Positions 10,525 through 21,135 of a stretch of DNA of 64,000 bases are shown here, piece after piece. Position numbers and translations under genes: made by a program. Source of the DNA: an uncultured delta proteobacterium (GTDB taxonomy: Bacteria; Desulfobacterota; Binatia; Binatales; Binataceae). Numbering within the stretch: the first letter of the stretch is position 1; every line of letters begins with the position of its first letter. The stretch lies in assembly GCA_963724395.1 (NCBI GenBank), contig CAVRUK010000005.1, forward strand, positions 1,001,261-1,065,260. The letters run 5' to 3'. The notes under the pieces were generated by a model. It searched no databases. It was not told where the DNA came from and worked only from the letters and a program-made list of their open reading frames with translations.

Positions 10525-11130
10525 CTACACGTTGCGCTTGAGGGCTTCGGCCCACAGCTCTTTGAGGAGTTCGCGCAGCTCCTCAATCGATCCGTTGTTC
10601 TCGATCATGAGGCTCGCGTGCTTGCCTCGTTCCTCGTCGGACAACTGCGCGCGGATTCGCGCCTCGGTCTCGGCAGGTTTGAGGCCGCGCTGGATCTCGA
10701 TACGGGCTATCACCTGTTCGCGAGGGGCGCGCACCAGCCAGATTTCGTCGAACAGCGGCTGCCAGTTCGCTTCGATCAGAATCGCGGCCTCGACGACGAT
10801 CGGCAGGGTCGCGCCGCGCGCGCGCAAATCAGCCACGTTGCGGCGGATGCTCTCGAAAGTGGCGGGCCACACGATCGACGTCAGCTTGTTCAGCTGCTCG
10901 GGATTGCCAAACACGATGGCGCCGAGCTGCTTGCGATCGATCGCGCGATCGGGAGCAACGATCCGCACGCCGAACGCGGCGATGACTGCGTCGTAGGCGG
11001 GACCGCCGGGCGCATAAGTGGTGTGCGCGACTTTGTCGGCGTCGAGAATCGGCGCGCCGAACTCGCCAAGAATCTGCGCGACGGTGCTTTTGCCCGAACC
11101 AATTCCGCCGGTGAGACCAATTGTAAGCAT
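10525..11130 (-). CDS. coaE: dephospho-CoA kinase
   Basis: GLTGGIGSGKST, DADKVAH, IDRKQLG. Confidence 0.96.
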   Translation of the reverse strand: MLTIGLTGGIGSGKSTVAQILGEFGAPILDADKVAHTTYAPGGPAYDAVIAAFGVRIVAPDRAIDRKQLGAIVFGNPEQLNKLTSIVWPATFESIRRNVADLRARGATLPIVVEAAILIEANWQPLFDEIWLVRAPREQVIARIEIQRGLKPAETEARIRAQLSDEERGKHASLMIENNGSIEELRELLKELWAEALKRNV

Positions 11131-11140
11131 TCCGATATCC

Positions 11141-12919
11141 CTAGCCCGCGGCTTCGCGGCTCCAGGCCTGGATATTGTAGAGGTAGCTGAAGAAGCCGCC
11201 GCGAGCCAGCAACTCGTCGAACGATCCGTGCTCGACGATCGCGCCGTCGCGCAGCACGAGTATTCGATCGGCGTTCTGCACGGTCGATAGCCGATGCGCG
11301 ATGACGAGCGTGGTCCGCCCGCGCATCGCCTCTCGCACAGCGGCCAGCACCATCGATTCAGTCTCGGCGTCTAGCGCGCTGGTGGGCTCGTCCATGATGA
11401 GAATCGGCGCGTCCTTCAGCAGCGCGCGCGCGATCGTCACGCGCTGCGCCTCGCCCTCGGAAAGACTATGACCGCCCTGGCCCAGCAATTCGTCGAGTCC
11501 GGCGGGCAACTTGGCGAGCACGGGGCCGAGACGCGCCATCTCGATCGCGCGGAGCACGTGCGCGTCGTCGACGGCGGGCTTGCCGAACGCGACGTTGACG
11601 CGCATCGTGTCGCCCAGCACCAGCGGCGGCTGCAGGACCATCGCGATGTTGCCGCGAATCGAATCGAGGGTCAGGTAGCGCGTGTCGTTGCCGTCAATCT
11701 TGATAGCGCCGCCGTCCGGTTCGTAAAAGCGCGCGAGCAGGCTGGCCATCGTGGTTTTTCCCGAACCGCTCGGACCGACGATCGCGATAGTCTCGCCGGG
11801 CGACGCCTTGAAGCTGATCCCGTTGAGGACGGTGCGACCGGGTTCGTAGGCGAACACGACATTGTCGAATTCTATCTCGCCGCGCGCGCGGCCAAGCGCC
11901 TGCGCGCCCGCGCGATCCTTGATTTCGGGATCGATTGCGAGCAGCTCGAGACATCGCCGGAGTCCGGCCTTCGCGCCTTCGATCTGTCCGTAGGTTTGCG
12001 CGATCTGATTCACCGGCGCGTAGAGCGAGGCGAGGTAAGTGGTGAAAACGATCAGGTCGCCGATGGTGAGGCGGCCGTCGAGGACGTGCTGCGCGCCGAG
12101 GTAAATCACGAGCGCCGTGCCGCACGCGATCAACACGCCGACCGCGCCGGCGTACAGCGTTTGCAGCGTGTACAGGCGGAGCGTTGCGTCCAGGCTCGCG
12201 CTGCTCGACTCGACGAACTCGCGGTACGACTCGCCCTCACGCGTGAAAGCCTGCACCACGTGAATTGCTGCGAGCGCGCTCTGCGCGACGGTGTACAGGC
12301 GGCTCTCCTTGATGCGCGCGCCGCCGGCAATCGCGTCGATGCGGCCGCTGATCGACATGATCAACAGAATCAGCAGCGGGATAATGGCGAGCGCGACGAG
12401 CGTCAGCGTCGCGTCCATTTTGATCATCACGACGAACATCCCGCCGAGCAGAATCAGCGACGACAGCAGCGGGAAGAAGCCGTTCATCGCGATCGTTTGA
12501 ATCGAATAGGTGTCGTAGGTGATGCGCACCATGAGGTCGCCGACTTCGCGGCGGCGGTGGAATGACAGCGAAAGGCGCTGCAGGTGGTCGAACAGCCTCG
12601 CGCGCAACTCGTTGACCATGCGCTGGCCGATCGAGATAGTCACGTAGTTCGTCATCACGTTGAGCAGGCCGAGCATCGCGTACAGGATGACGAGGCTGAT
12701 GCACGCGGCGATGAGAAGCTCGGCGCGCGGCATCGGGGGGATCCACTTGCTGACGAGCGGCGCGCCGCGCAGCACGTTGTCGATTACAATTTTGAGCGGC
12801 CACGGCTTCAGCACTTCGGTCGCGGAGGCGAGCAGCACCCCGGCGATCGCGATCGCAAGGCGGCCGAGATGCGGGCGCATCCGGCGAATCGCGTGGCCGT
12901 AGAGTTCCAGCGTGCCCAT
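11141..12919 (-). CDS. ABC exporter, fused permease/ATPase
   Basis: TM domain plus GPSGSGKT, LSEGEAQR, MDEPTSALD, IAHRL. Confidence 0.93.
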   Translation of the reverse strand: MGTLELYGHAIRRMRPHLGRLAIAIAGVLLASATEVLKPWPLKIVIDNVLRGAPLVSKWIPPMPRAELLIAACISLVILYAMLGLLNVMTNYVTISIGQRMVNELRARLFDHLQRLSLSFHRRREVGDLMVRITYDTYSIQTIAMNGFFPLLSSLILLGGMFVVMIKMDATLTLVALAIIPLLILLIMSISGRIDAIAGGARIKESRLYTVAQSALAAIHVVQAFTREGESYREFVESSSASLDATLRLYTLQTLYAGAVGVLIACGTALVIYLGAQHVLDGRLTIGDLIVFTTYLASLYAPVNQIAQTYGQIEGAKAGLRRCLELLAIDPEIKDRAGAQALGRARGEIEFDNVVFAYEPGRTVLNGISFKASPGETIAIVGPSGSGKTTMASLLARFYEPDGGAIKIDGNDTRYLTLDSIRGNIAMVLQPPLVLGDTMRVNVAFGKPAVDDAHVLRAIEMARLGPVLAKLPAGLDELLGQGGHSLSEGEAQRVTIARALLKDAPILIMDEPTSALDAETESMVLAAVREAMRGRTTLVIAHRLSTVQNADRILVLRDGAIVEHGSFDELLARGGFFSYLYNIQAWSREAAG

Positions 12920-15375
12920 CACGTTTGATCTTCCGGGCGCGTCGCCAGTGATATTGCCAACGAGGTTGCCACCTCGGCTGCGCAGGCTTTGATGATCGCG
13001 GGGATGCGTCGTGCGCGAGTGATCGCGAATAATCCGACGGCGACTGCGGCGCATGCTACTGCGATGATGCTTGCGCTTAGTGAGAAGCCGGCGGCCAACA
13101 GCACGAGCAGGGTGACTGCAGCGCCGATCAACGCAGGTCGCGGAGCTGTGCGAGTTCGCCAGAGCAGCGCGAGGCCGGCTTCGGTACGCAGGGCGTTTAT
13201 TGGCACGCGAATCAGCGGAGGAACGATCAGTTCGAGATCGAACGATTGAAAACCGTCGGTCTCCGCGACGGCGACGCCGCGGCGGACCAGCCTGTCGCGG
13301 ATGGCGGCGAGAATCGTCGCGGAGTCGATGCGCGCGGTGCCGTCTGACATAGCGAATTCGACCTGGCCGCTTAGTCTGGCCGCACCTACGTTGTCACCGC
13401 CGGCAGTCGCGGGTACGAATCGCCATTTCATACGCTCGCGCGCGAGGCTGCGGATGCTGGGGCCGAGCAGATTGAGGATCCACAAATAGATTCGCGCCGC
13501 CGGACCGGATCGCGCGCGCGGCAAGGGGACGGATGCTGCGCCCGCTCCGGCCGCAAGTATTGAGAGCGCGATTCCACCGGCGCCGAGTACTCCAAGCAAC
13601 CGATTGACTCCGCCGAGGATCAGAAGAATCAGAGAAACTCCGATCCATTGAATCGTCAAAGGCAGCTCAGCGTACGAGTTGCCCGCGGAGTAGACGGTCT
13701 GGAAGAGGCCGCGGCCGAATGCGCCGTAGTAAACGCGCGCGCCGCCGAAGAGTGAGCCGATCCACGACGGCCCCGCGTAGATGCCGTCCTGATCCGCGGT
13801 GCGGAGCGGATACTTGCGGAACAGCAAGCCTTCACCGATGCCGTAGCCGCGTTGCTGGCGGAGATATGCAGAAAGCGTCGCGCGCCGCTCGTGAATCACC
13901 ACGGCTCCAGGAGCATACGCGAGCGTTTCACTTGACGCCGCCAGGCGCCAGGAAAGATCGACGTCGTCGCCTGCGGCGGTGAACATCGGATCGAAGCCAC
14001 CGGCCTTCACCAGCGCGGCTTTCGTGATTGCCATGTTGCAGCCGCACAGTTGCGCGAGACGATCGTCGCCGGCCCGCACCTCGCGCGGCAATCCGGGCGC
14101 GGCAGCCATCGCGGCAGCGCGAGCGGATTGAGGATCGGGGGCGAAGTTCGGACCGGACGCCGCAGCCGCATCGCGTCGCGCGATCATCTCGACCAGATGA
14201 TACAGCCAGTCGCGATCGGCGCGCGCGTCGGCGTCGATGAACGCAATAATTTCGCTTTCGTTGGATGCGGCGCCGACACCTGCGTTGCGCGCGGCGGCGA
14301 GCCCATTGTGTTCGACGCGAATCGTGCGGACTTCCGACTGCTTGGCGATTTCCGAAGTCGAATCGGTCGAGCCGTCATCGACGACGATTGTTTCGTAATC
14401 AGGATAGTTGAGCTCGCGAATCGAGGAGAGACATTCGCCAAGCGTCGATGACGCATTGTAGGCGGCGACCACCACGGTCGCTTTGGGAGCGGTCGTCAGC
14501 GGAGGCGGCAGATTGTCGCCGAAGACTTTTGCGACCGCGTCGAAGGCAAGTTTCGGCGAGCGATCGCGGCGAGTCAGTCCAAACGCCCAGTCGGTAATCT
14601 CGGCGCCGCCGGTGTGCCATTCGTCGGTGAATGCGAACACGATGAAGCCGGACAATCCGAGTTCGAATGCCGCGCGGCATTGCCATGAAAGCAGTTCGGC
14701 CTGGTGCTGCTCGCCTTCGCGAATCGTATCCATGCCGGTTTCGCTGAGCACCAGCGGCAACTCGCCAGCTTGTCCCATCAGATGCGTCAGGTAGCGGCGG
14801 AAGTCTTCCTCGCGATGCAGATACACGTTGAAGGAAATGAAATCGAGAAAACTCAGATCGAGATATTCCGCGGACGGATAGTTCGAATAGGTGAAGAGCG
14901 CGTCGGGATCGATCTGTTTTCCGAGGTCGCGGAGTTCGGCGAGAAAGCGGCTGACCGCGCGCGGCCCGTGCCAGCGCACGATATCCGAGCGAATCTCGTT
15001 GCCGATGCTGTAGGCAGCGACGGTCTCGCCGAATTGACGCGTCTCGAGCACCGTCTTGCGGATGGCGTCGCGGATCTCGCGCATCATGTCGGGCGAATCA
15101 AGGAACGCCATGTGGAACGGCCACGGGATGCCGAGCATCATGCGGAGCCCGGCCTTCTGTGCCTCCTCGACCATCCACGGCGGAGGAGGAACGTAGAGCC
15201 GAATCACGTTGGCGCCGAGCCTGCTCATCAGCGCGAAGTCGGCGGCGGCGCGCTCGGGCTCGGGATATCTTTCACCGCGGGAGTTCGGTGCAAACGGGCC
15301 GTACGAAACGCCGCGAATGTAGAATTTTTGCGCTCCATCGAGGAGATATTTTCCGTGCGATACCAGCCGAGCCAT
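12919..15375 (-). CDS. glycoside-hydrolase TIM-barrel + GT2 glycosyltransferase fusion
   Basis: N-terminal IGNE ... LSETG (clan GH-A-like); GT2 VVDDGSTD, FIDAD, GDDVD, QQRGY; C-terminal TMs. Confidence 0.85.
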   Translation of the reverse strand: MARLVSHGKYLLDGAQKFYIRGVSYGPFAPNSRGERYPEPERAAADFALMSRLGANVIRLYVPPPPWMVEEAQKAGLRMMLGIPWPFHMAFLDSPDMMREIRDAIRKTVLETRQFGETVAAYSIGNEIRSDIVRWHGPRAVSRFLAELRDLGKQIDPDALFTYSNYPSAEYLDLSFLDFISFNVYLHREEDFRRYLTHLMGQAGELPLVLSETGMDTIREGEQHQAELLSWQCRAAFELGLSGFIVFAFTDEWHTGGAEITDWAFGLTRRDRSPKLAFDAVAKVFGDNLPPPLTTAPKATVVVAAYNASSTLGECLSSIRELNYPDYETIVVDDGSTDSTSEIAKQSEVRTIRVEHNGLAAARNAGVGAASNESEIIAFIDADARADRDWLYHLVEMIARRDAAAASGPNFAPDPQSARAAAMAAAPGLPREVRAGDDRLAQLCGCNMAITKAALVKAGGFDPMFTAAGDDVDLSWRLAASSETLAYAPGAVVIHERRATLSAYLRQQRGYGIGEGLLFRKYPLRTADQDGIYAGPSWIGSLFGGARVYYGAFGRGLFQTVYSAGNSYAELPLTIQWIGVSLILLILGGVNRLLGVLGAGGIALSILAAGAGAASVPLPRARSGPAARIYLWILNLLGPSIRSLARERMKWRFVPATAGGDNVGAARLSGQVEFAMSDGTARIDSATILAAIRDRLVRRGVAVAETDGFQSFDLELIVPPLIRVPINALRTEAGLALLWRTRTAPRPALIGAAVTLLVLLAAGFSLSASIIAVACAAVAVGLFAITRARRIPAIIKACAAEVATSLAISLATRPEDQT

Positions 15376-15509
15376 GAACGATGAGCTAATCGCAAAGCCG
15401 ATGGGCGCGCAACGCGCGGCGCGGCCTCACGCTTGACATCGCGCAAGTCATGCCCTGAGAATCGATTCGTGAAGGGCAAAACGGCGGCGGCGCAATCCTG
15501 TAGTCTGAC

Positions 15510-16805
15510 GTGACGCGACGCGCTCCCAGCTGGCTCGAAAGCAAGACGCTGGATCTCGAAACCAGGGCATCGAAGCACGCAACCGCGCTTCGCGTCTGGC
15601 ACGTCCTCAATCACGCCGTTGAAGGCTTCATCTACAACAACGATCTGCTGCGCGCGTCCGCGCTGACTTTCACGGTCGCGCTGTCGATCGTGCCAATTCT
15701 CGCGCTCGCATTCTCCGCGGTTAAAGGATTCGGCGGCTCGGAACGATTGCGTCCGCTGGTCGAGCAATACATGGGACTCGGATCGTCATCGTCGCAAATA
15801 ATGAGCTACGTCGAGAACGTCAACGCGGCGGCGCTGGGTTCGGCCGGCGGCGCGTTTTTGCTGATCACCGTTATTTCCACGATGGGCACAGTCGAGCAGG
15901 CGCTCAACACGATCTTCAACGTGCCGCAGAGCCGCAGTTATCTTCGCAAGTTCTCCGATTACCTGAGCGTGCTGTTCACGGTGCCGCTTCTGATCGTGGC
16001 GGCGCTGAGCGTGACGGCGATTTTCTCGGTGCGGATTTCCCAATTTCCATTTGTCACGGAGCTATTGCCGTACTTGTTCGTGTGGGCGGGATTCTTTTTT
16101 CTGTTCGTCTTTTTTCCTTACACCAAAGTCAAATATGTGCCCGCGCTGATCGGCTCGTTCGTGACCGCGGTGCTTTTCCAGCTCGCGCAGTGGGGATACG
16201 TGCGCTTCCAGGTGGGTGTCGCCAACTATCGTGCGATCTACGGCGCGATGGCGACGCTGCCGATTTTCCTGGTCTGGATCTACATCGCGTGGGCGGTGAT
16301 TCTGTTCGGCGCCGAACTCACCGCGGCGGTGCAGCGCGGCGATCTGCCGCCGACGCTGGGGCCAATGTCGCCGGATTTTCTGTATTCGGCGACGATGCAC
16401 ATCCTGGTTCGCCTGGCCGATCGCGCTTACCACGCCGGTGACGACGTCACGCCGTGGACACTTGCCCGCGAACTCTACGTCGCCGAAGCTGCAATTCAGC
16501 CGATTCTCGACGGGCTCAAGGCCGGTGGCTTTGTGATCGAGGCTGACTCGAGCACCGGTTCGCTGAACCAGGGGCTGTTCCTGGCGCGCCAGGCGTCGAC
16601 GATCGTGCTGGCAGACGCGATCAAATCCGTCGACTTCGATCAAGGCGCCAGCGACGGCGATCCGCGCATCGACCGCGTGCTGGCGAAACTGAGTGCCGTG
16701 CGCACCGATCTGCTCAAGACGATCACACTCGAAGATATCCGCTCGCCGGAAGCAAAGGCTGTCGATCAGGAAACGGCAGCGATCGAGAACAAAGCCGACC
16801 ACTAG
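15510..16805 (+). CDS. YihY/BrkB family membrane protein with C-terminal winged-helix
   Basis: ASALTFT..LSIVP, YRAIYGAMATLPIFLVW. Confidence 0.9.
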   Translation: MTRRAPSWLESKTLDLETRASKHATALRVWHVLNHAVEGFIYNNDLLRASALTFTVALSIVPILALAFSAVKGFGGSERLRPLVEQYMGLGSSSSQIMSYVENVNAAALGSAGGAFLLITVISTMGTVEQALNTIFNVPQSRSYLRKFSDYLSVLFTVPLLIVAALSVTAIFSVRISQFPFVTELLPYLFVWAGFFFLFVFFPYTKVKYVPALIGSFVTAVLFQLAQWGYVRFQVGVANYRAIYGAMATLPIFLVWIYIAWAVILFGAELTAAVQRGDLPPTLGPMSPDFLYSATMHILVRLADRAYHAGDDVTPWTLARELYVAEAAIQPILDGLKAGGFVIEADSSTGSLNQGLFLARQASTIVLADAIKSVDFDQGASDGDPRIDRVLAKLSAVRTDLLKTITLEDIRSPEAKAVDQETAAIENKADH

Positions 16806-16840
16806 TCCGTCGCGAGCGCGAATGCTCGCAACCTCGAGAC

Positions 16841-17724
16841 ATGGAAAAAAACCAACACCGCGACATCAACCCGAACTTCAAAGGACCGGCGTCGAGCTTC
16901 GTGGACGTCAATCGCATTCGGCTGCATGCGCTGGACTGGGGCGGCAGCGGCGCGCCGATCGTTATCCTGCACGCGACCGGATTTCTCGGGCGCCTCTACC
17001 GGCCGCTGGCAGAGCGGCTGCGCGCGATCGGTCACGTATACAGCTACGATCAGCGCGGCCACGGCGACAGTTCGGCGGCGCCTGACGGCGAATATACCTG
17101 GGACTCGACGATGCGCGACCTCAGGGGTTTATTACCGCGATGGGCTGGTCGGGCGTCATCGCGGTCGGCCACTCCGCCGGCGCGACTGCTATCGGCTCGC
17201 TTGCCTGCGAGCGCCCGGACCTGATCTCACGCGCAGTCCTGGCCGAGCCGGTGATCTTCGAGTCGCCGACCGCACCGGAACTCGGTTGGCGCAATCCGTT
17301 CATCGAGCGAACTCTGAAACGCAGGCGGACTTTCGACAGCGTCGAGGCGATGTACTCGAACTTCGAGAGCAAGCCGCCGTACAACGCCTGGCGAAAGGAC
17401 ATTCTGCGCGACTATTGCGAATTCGGCACGCGTCCGACGAGCGATGGCAGGCGCGAACTCAAGTGCGCTCCTGTGGTCGAGGCAAAATTCTACGAGACGG
17501 CGCGCGATTTCGATGGGCTCGGGCGAATTCTTCGCTGCACGGCGCCGCTGTTGATAATCTTCGGCGCGCGCGGCGATTCGCTCGGCGCGTCGCTATCAGG
17601 AAAGGTCGCGCAGCGGCTCAAGAACGGACGCGTGATCGACGTGGCCGACGCGGGGCACTTTCTGCCGATGGAAAAGCCCGACTACGTAGCGGACAAGGCG
17701 ATCGACTTCCTCAAGTCTGGGTAG
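16841..17724 (+). pseudogene. alpha/beta hydrolase split by a frameshift near 17123 (real lesion or consensus error)
   Basis: LHATG, DQRGHGDS in one frame; GHSAG and GHFLPME in the next. Confidence 0.85.
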
Positions 17725-17731
17725 CAGTCAG

Positions 17732-18475
17732 TCAGGGCGAACTGAGTAATGCACGCGCTTCGGCGGTGTATATTCCCGGGCGTTCGTAGAGGATCAACGG
17801 CGGCTCAATAGCTACTTCGATTCCGCCGCCGGCGCGGGCTTCGATCAACATCACCGACGCGGGCATCGCAATCCGCGGATGAACGAAGCGGATGCGCTTG
17901 GGCTCGAGCTGATTCGAGCGCATCGCGGAAATCAGCTCGGCGCTGCGACGTGCAGCGAAGACAAACGCAACGCGCGCGCTACGGCGCGCGTAGCGGCGGG
18001 CGGCGGCGACGAAATCCCCGAGCTTCGCGGTGCTCTCGCCGCGCGCCACGCGTCGGCCGTGGTCGGGATTCTCGCGGCCGGCGGCCGCCGCGCGATATGG
18101 AGGATTCGCGACGACCAGGTCGAAACTGGCGGGCTCGACGCCTGCGATTTTTTTCCGCCGAAGGTCGGCGCAAACCCCGTGCACCGACTCGAGCCCGTTG
18201 ATGCCGGCGTTACCGGCGAGCATCGCGGCGAGTTGCGGCTGGATCTCGATCGCAACGACTGCGCGCGGCCGGTAAAGGGCCGCGATCATGATCGATACGA
18301 CACCGCATCCGGCGCCCAGCTCGAGCACCCGATCGCGCGAACTCGCGCGCACGAAGCGTCCGAGCAATATCGCCTCGACCGAGAAACGATAGCCGTGCCT
18401 TGGCTGGACGAGCGTGATAGATCCATCGAGGATCGTATCGCGAGTTTCGTTTTCGTTGCTCGAGGCCGCCGTCAT
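17732..18475 (-). CDS. tRNA1(Val) A37 N6-methyltransferase (YfiC/TrmN6 family)
   Basis: GYRFSVEAILL, LELGAGCG, ANPPY, EPKRIRFVH. Confidence 0.88.
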   Translation of the reverse strand: MTAASSNENETRDTILDGSITLVQPRHGYRFSVEAILLGRFVRASSRDRVLELGAGCGVVSIMIAALYRPRAVVAIEIQPQLAAMLAGNAGINGLESVHGVCADLRRKKIAGVEPASFDLVVANPPYRAAAAGRENPDHGRRVARGESTAKLGDFVAAARRYARRSARVAFVFAARRSAELISAMRSNQLEPKRIRFVHPRIAMPASVMLIEARAGGGIEVAIEPPLILYERPGIYTAEARALLSSP

Positions 18476-18677
18476 GAATGCCGCCGAGAAAGGAGAGCTC
18501 TACGCCCGCATCTTTCGAAAGGTTGGTGTGTTTCTCGGCAAGGGGGAGATTCCGCGGGCGCTCAAAGAGCTGAATGAGGGTATGAAAATCGCCGAACGCA
18601 ACGGCGATAGCAAGATGGCCGCGCGATTTGCGCAAGAAATTGCGAACGTCACCAAGACCGCAGAACCCGCGAAATAG
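18474..18677 (+). CDS. small helical hypothetical protein (67 aa)
   Basis: host-like codon use, TPR-like helix pair; start uncertain. Confidence 0.55.
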   Translation: MNAAEKGELYARIFRKVGVFLGKGEIPRALKELNEGMKIAERNGDSKMAARFAQEIANVTKTAEPAK

Positions 18678-18863
18678 CCGCCCTTTCCCTCGAATTTCGA
18701 CGTTTCGCGCGTAGCGTCGCTTGACGCCTTCAAGTTCGTACTTACCTTGAAATCGTGGGACGCAAGGTGATTTGAGCGAAGGACAGATAGAAACTTCCTC
18801 GCGCCGGGCGCCCCGAAATCTGAAATCACGCCGGAGAAAACTACCGGCAGGAGGCTTTCGAAA

Positions 18864-19286
18864 ATGGAAGTGTTGATGAGAAACGGTCTGACTCCCGACA
18901 ATTCGCTGCTGCGGAATTGGAACGTGCTGTGGAACGAGCTGGAGCCCGCGCGCAGGGCGGCACCGGCGGCGGATGTCGTCGAAGATGCGGACGCCTATCA
19001 TTTCTACTTCGAGATGGCCGGCATCAGGAGCGAGTCGGTCGATGTTCGCGTCGAGGACGGAAACCTGATCGTCGAGGCCGAGCGCAAACGGCCCGAGTGG
19101 TCGAAGGACGCCGAGGTCCATCTGTCCGAGCGGGCGTACGGCACGATGCGCCGCGCGTTCACGATGCCTGAAGACGCGAGCCACGACGGAATCAAGGCGG
19201 GATACAAGGACGGCGTGCTCGAAGTGACGGTGCCAAAACGGCCCGAGAGCAAACCGTTCAAGATCAAAGTCGAGTTCGAAAACTAG
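18864..19286 (+). CDS. Hsp20 small heat shock protein
   Basis: alpha-crystallin motifs ERAYG, AGYKDGVLEVTVPK. Confidence 0.93.
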   Translation: MEVLMRNGLTPDNSLLRNWNVLWNELEPARRAAPAADVVEDADAYHFYFEMAGIRSESVDVRVEDGNLIVEAERKRPEWSKDAEVHLSERAYGTMRRAFTMPEDASHDGIKAGYKDGVLEVTVPKRPESKPFKIKVEFEN

Positions 19287-19415
19287 CCAGCGCATTGGGC
19301 GCTTCGAGCCGCGGCTAGGAGAATTTTGGCTCAGGCGCCGGTAGAATGAACTGCCGGCGCCGTGAGCGCAGCCGACGAAGCCACCGGGGCTGACCTCTCA
19401 ACGGAGGAATCGCGG

Positions 19416-19985
19416 ATGGTATTTCTGATCATCATAGTGGCTATCGTCGCGTGGGTAGTTCTTGCCTACAATCGATTAGTCAGTTTGCGCAACCAGGTAG
19501 ACAATTCCTGGAAGCAGATCGACGTACAACTGAAGCGCCGTCATGACCTGATCCCCAATCTCATCGAAGCCGTCAAAGGCTACATGCAGTTCGAGCGCGA
19601 CACGCTGACGCAGGTCGTCGAGGCGCGCGCCAAGGCGGTCAGCGCGCCAGACCAGGCCTCGCGCATGGCGGCGGAGAATCAGATCACGACCGGGCTCGGC
19701 AAACTGCTGGCGGTGATGGAGAACTATCCGCAGCTAAAGGCCGACGAGAATGTGCTCAAACTGCAGGAAGAGCTGACGACCACGGAAAATCAAATCGCCT
19801 TCTCTCGACAGGCGTATAATGACGTCGTGCTCGACCTGAACACGCGCATCCAGACCTTTCCGACCAATCTCATCGCCAGCAACTTCGGTTTCAAGCCGGC
19901 GGAATATTTCAAAATCGCGCCGGAGGACCAGGCCGTCCCCAAAGTCGATCTTTCGATGACCACGCCGACCGCGCCGCGCGCCTGA
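19416..19985 (+). CDS. lemA: LemA family protein
   Basis: YNRLV, IDVQLKRRHDLIPNL, ENYPQLKAD, FPTNLIA. Confidence 0.95.
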   Translation: MVFLIIIVAIVAWVVLAYNRLVSLRNQVDNSWKQIDVQLKRRHDLIPNLIEAVKGYMQFERDTLTQVVEARAKAVSAPDQASRMAAENQITTGLGKLLAVMENYPQLKADENVLKLQEELTTTENQIAFSRQAYNDVVLDLNTRIQTFPTNLIASNFGFKPAEYFKIAPEDQAVPKVDLSMTTPTAPRA

Positions 19986-20012
19986 AGATACGCGCCGCAG
20001 GGGGCAGGCTCG

Positions 20013-21023
20013 ATGGCAAGCAATTTCAGGAGTCTCGAAGCGACCAATCGCCGCGAGACCGTGCTGCTGGTGCTCGCGTTCATACTGCTGTTCGGAGCGC
20101 TGGGACTCGGACTTGATATTGCCGCGCACGACGTTGCGATCGTCAACGGACAGCTCGTCGGCTTCCCGGTACTGACTATTGCCGCGCTGGTTTTCGCCGG
20201 CGTGCAATCGATGGTGTCGTATTACAGCGGCGCCTCGCTGGTGCTGCTCTCCGTCCACGCGCGCGAGCTCACCCCCGACACGCCCAAGCATCAGATGGTG
20301 CTCGACGTGATCAACGAAATGGCGACCGCGGCGCGGATGCCGGTGCCCAAGCCGTACATCATGGACGATCCGTCGCCGAATGCGTTCGCGACCGGACGCG
20401 ACCCGAAGCATTCCGTGATTTGTGTCACGCAGGGACTGGTCGATCAGATGGACCGCGAAGAGTTGCAGGGAGTGATCGGCCACGAGATGTCGCACGTCGT
20501 CGACTACGACATCCGCACGATGATGATGATCGCGGTGATGGTCGGCGGAATCGCGATGCTCTCGGATTTCGTATACCGCTGGATGTTTTTCGGCGGATTC
20601 GGCGCGCGCGGCCGGAGCAGTAACGATCGCGACAACCAGGCGGCGCTGCTGATCACGATCGCAGTGTTCGTCCTGGCCGCGCTGGCGCCGATCTTTTCAC
20701 AATTGCTCGCGATGGCGGTGTCGAGGCAGCGCGAATACCTTGCGGATGCGTCGTCGGTCGAGTTCACGCGCAACCCGCGTGCGCTGCTGCGCGCGCTCGA
20801 GCACATCGCGCAAATCGAGTCGCCGCTGAAGGCCGGCACCGCCGGCACGGGCCATCTGTTCATCGTCAATCCGCGCGAGGGCCTCCGCTCCGACAGCGAA
20901 GGATTCTTTGCCAACCTCTTTTCAACGCACCCTCCGCTGCTCAAGCGGATAGCCAGATTACAGGCGCTGCTCGGCGCGCCCACCGCGATCGCTCTGGACG
21001 CATCAACCCAACCTAACACCTAA
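20013..21023 (+). CDS. htpX: M48 zinc metalloprotease HtpX
   Basis: PNAFATG, HEMSH, SRQREYLAD, FSTHPP. Confidence 0.93.
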   Translation: MASNFRSLEATNRRETVLLVLAFILLFGALGLGLDIAAHDVAIVNGQLVGFPVLTIAALVFAGVQSMVSYYSGASLVLLSVHARELTPDTPKHQMVLDVINEMATAARMPVPKPYIMDDPSPNAFATGRDPKHSVICVTQGLVDQMDREELQGVIGHEMSHVVDYDIRTMMMIAVMVGGIAMLSDFVYRWMFFGGFGARGRSSNDRDNQAALLITIAVFVLAALAPIFSQLLAMAVSRQREYLADASSVEFTRNPRALLRALEHIAQIESPLKAGTAGTGHLFIVNPREGLRSDSEGFFANLFSTHPPLLKRIARLQALLGAPTAIALDASTQPNT

Positions 21024-21053
21024 CGTTTCTGGTTCCCCTTCCTGCACTTCCGG

Positions 21054-21094
21054 TTCCCCTTCCCGCGGCGGGAAGGGGTTAGGGGTTAGGTTCC
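21054..21094 (+). repeat. REP-like palindrome CCCCTTCCC-N-GGGAAGGGGTTAGGGGTTAGG
   Basis: near-identical copy at 30864-30904, variant at 32950-32990. Confidence 0.8.
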
Positions 21095-21135
21095 ACGACG
21101 TTGCTCAAAAGGGTCGTGCGACTTAAGCTCGGCGG

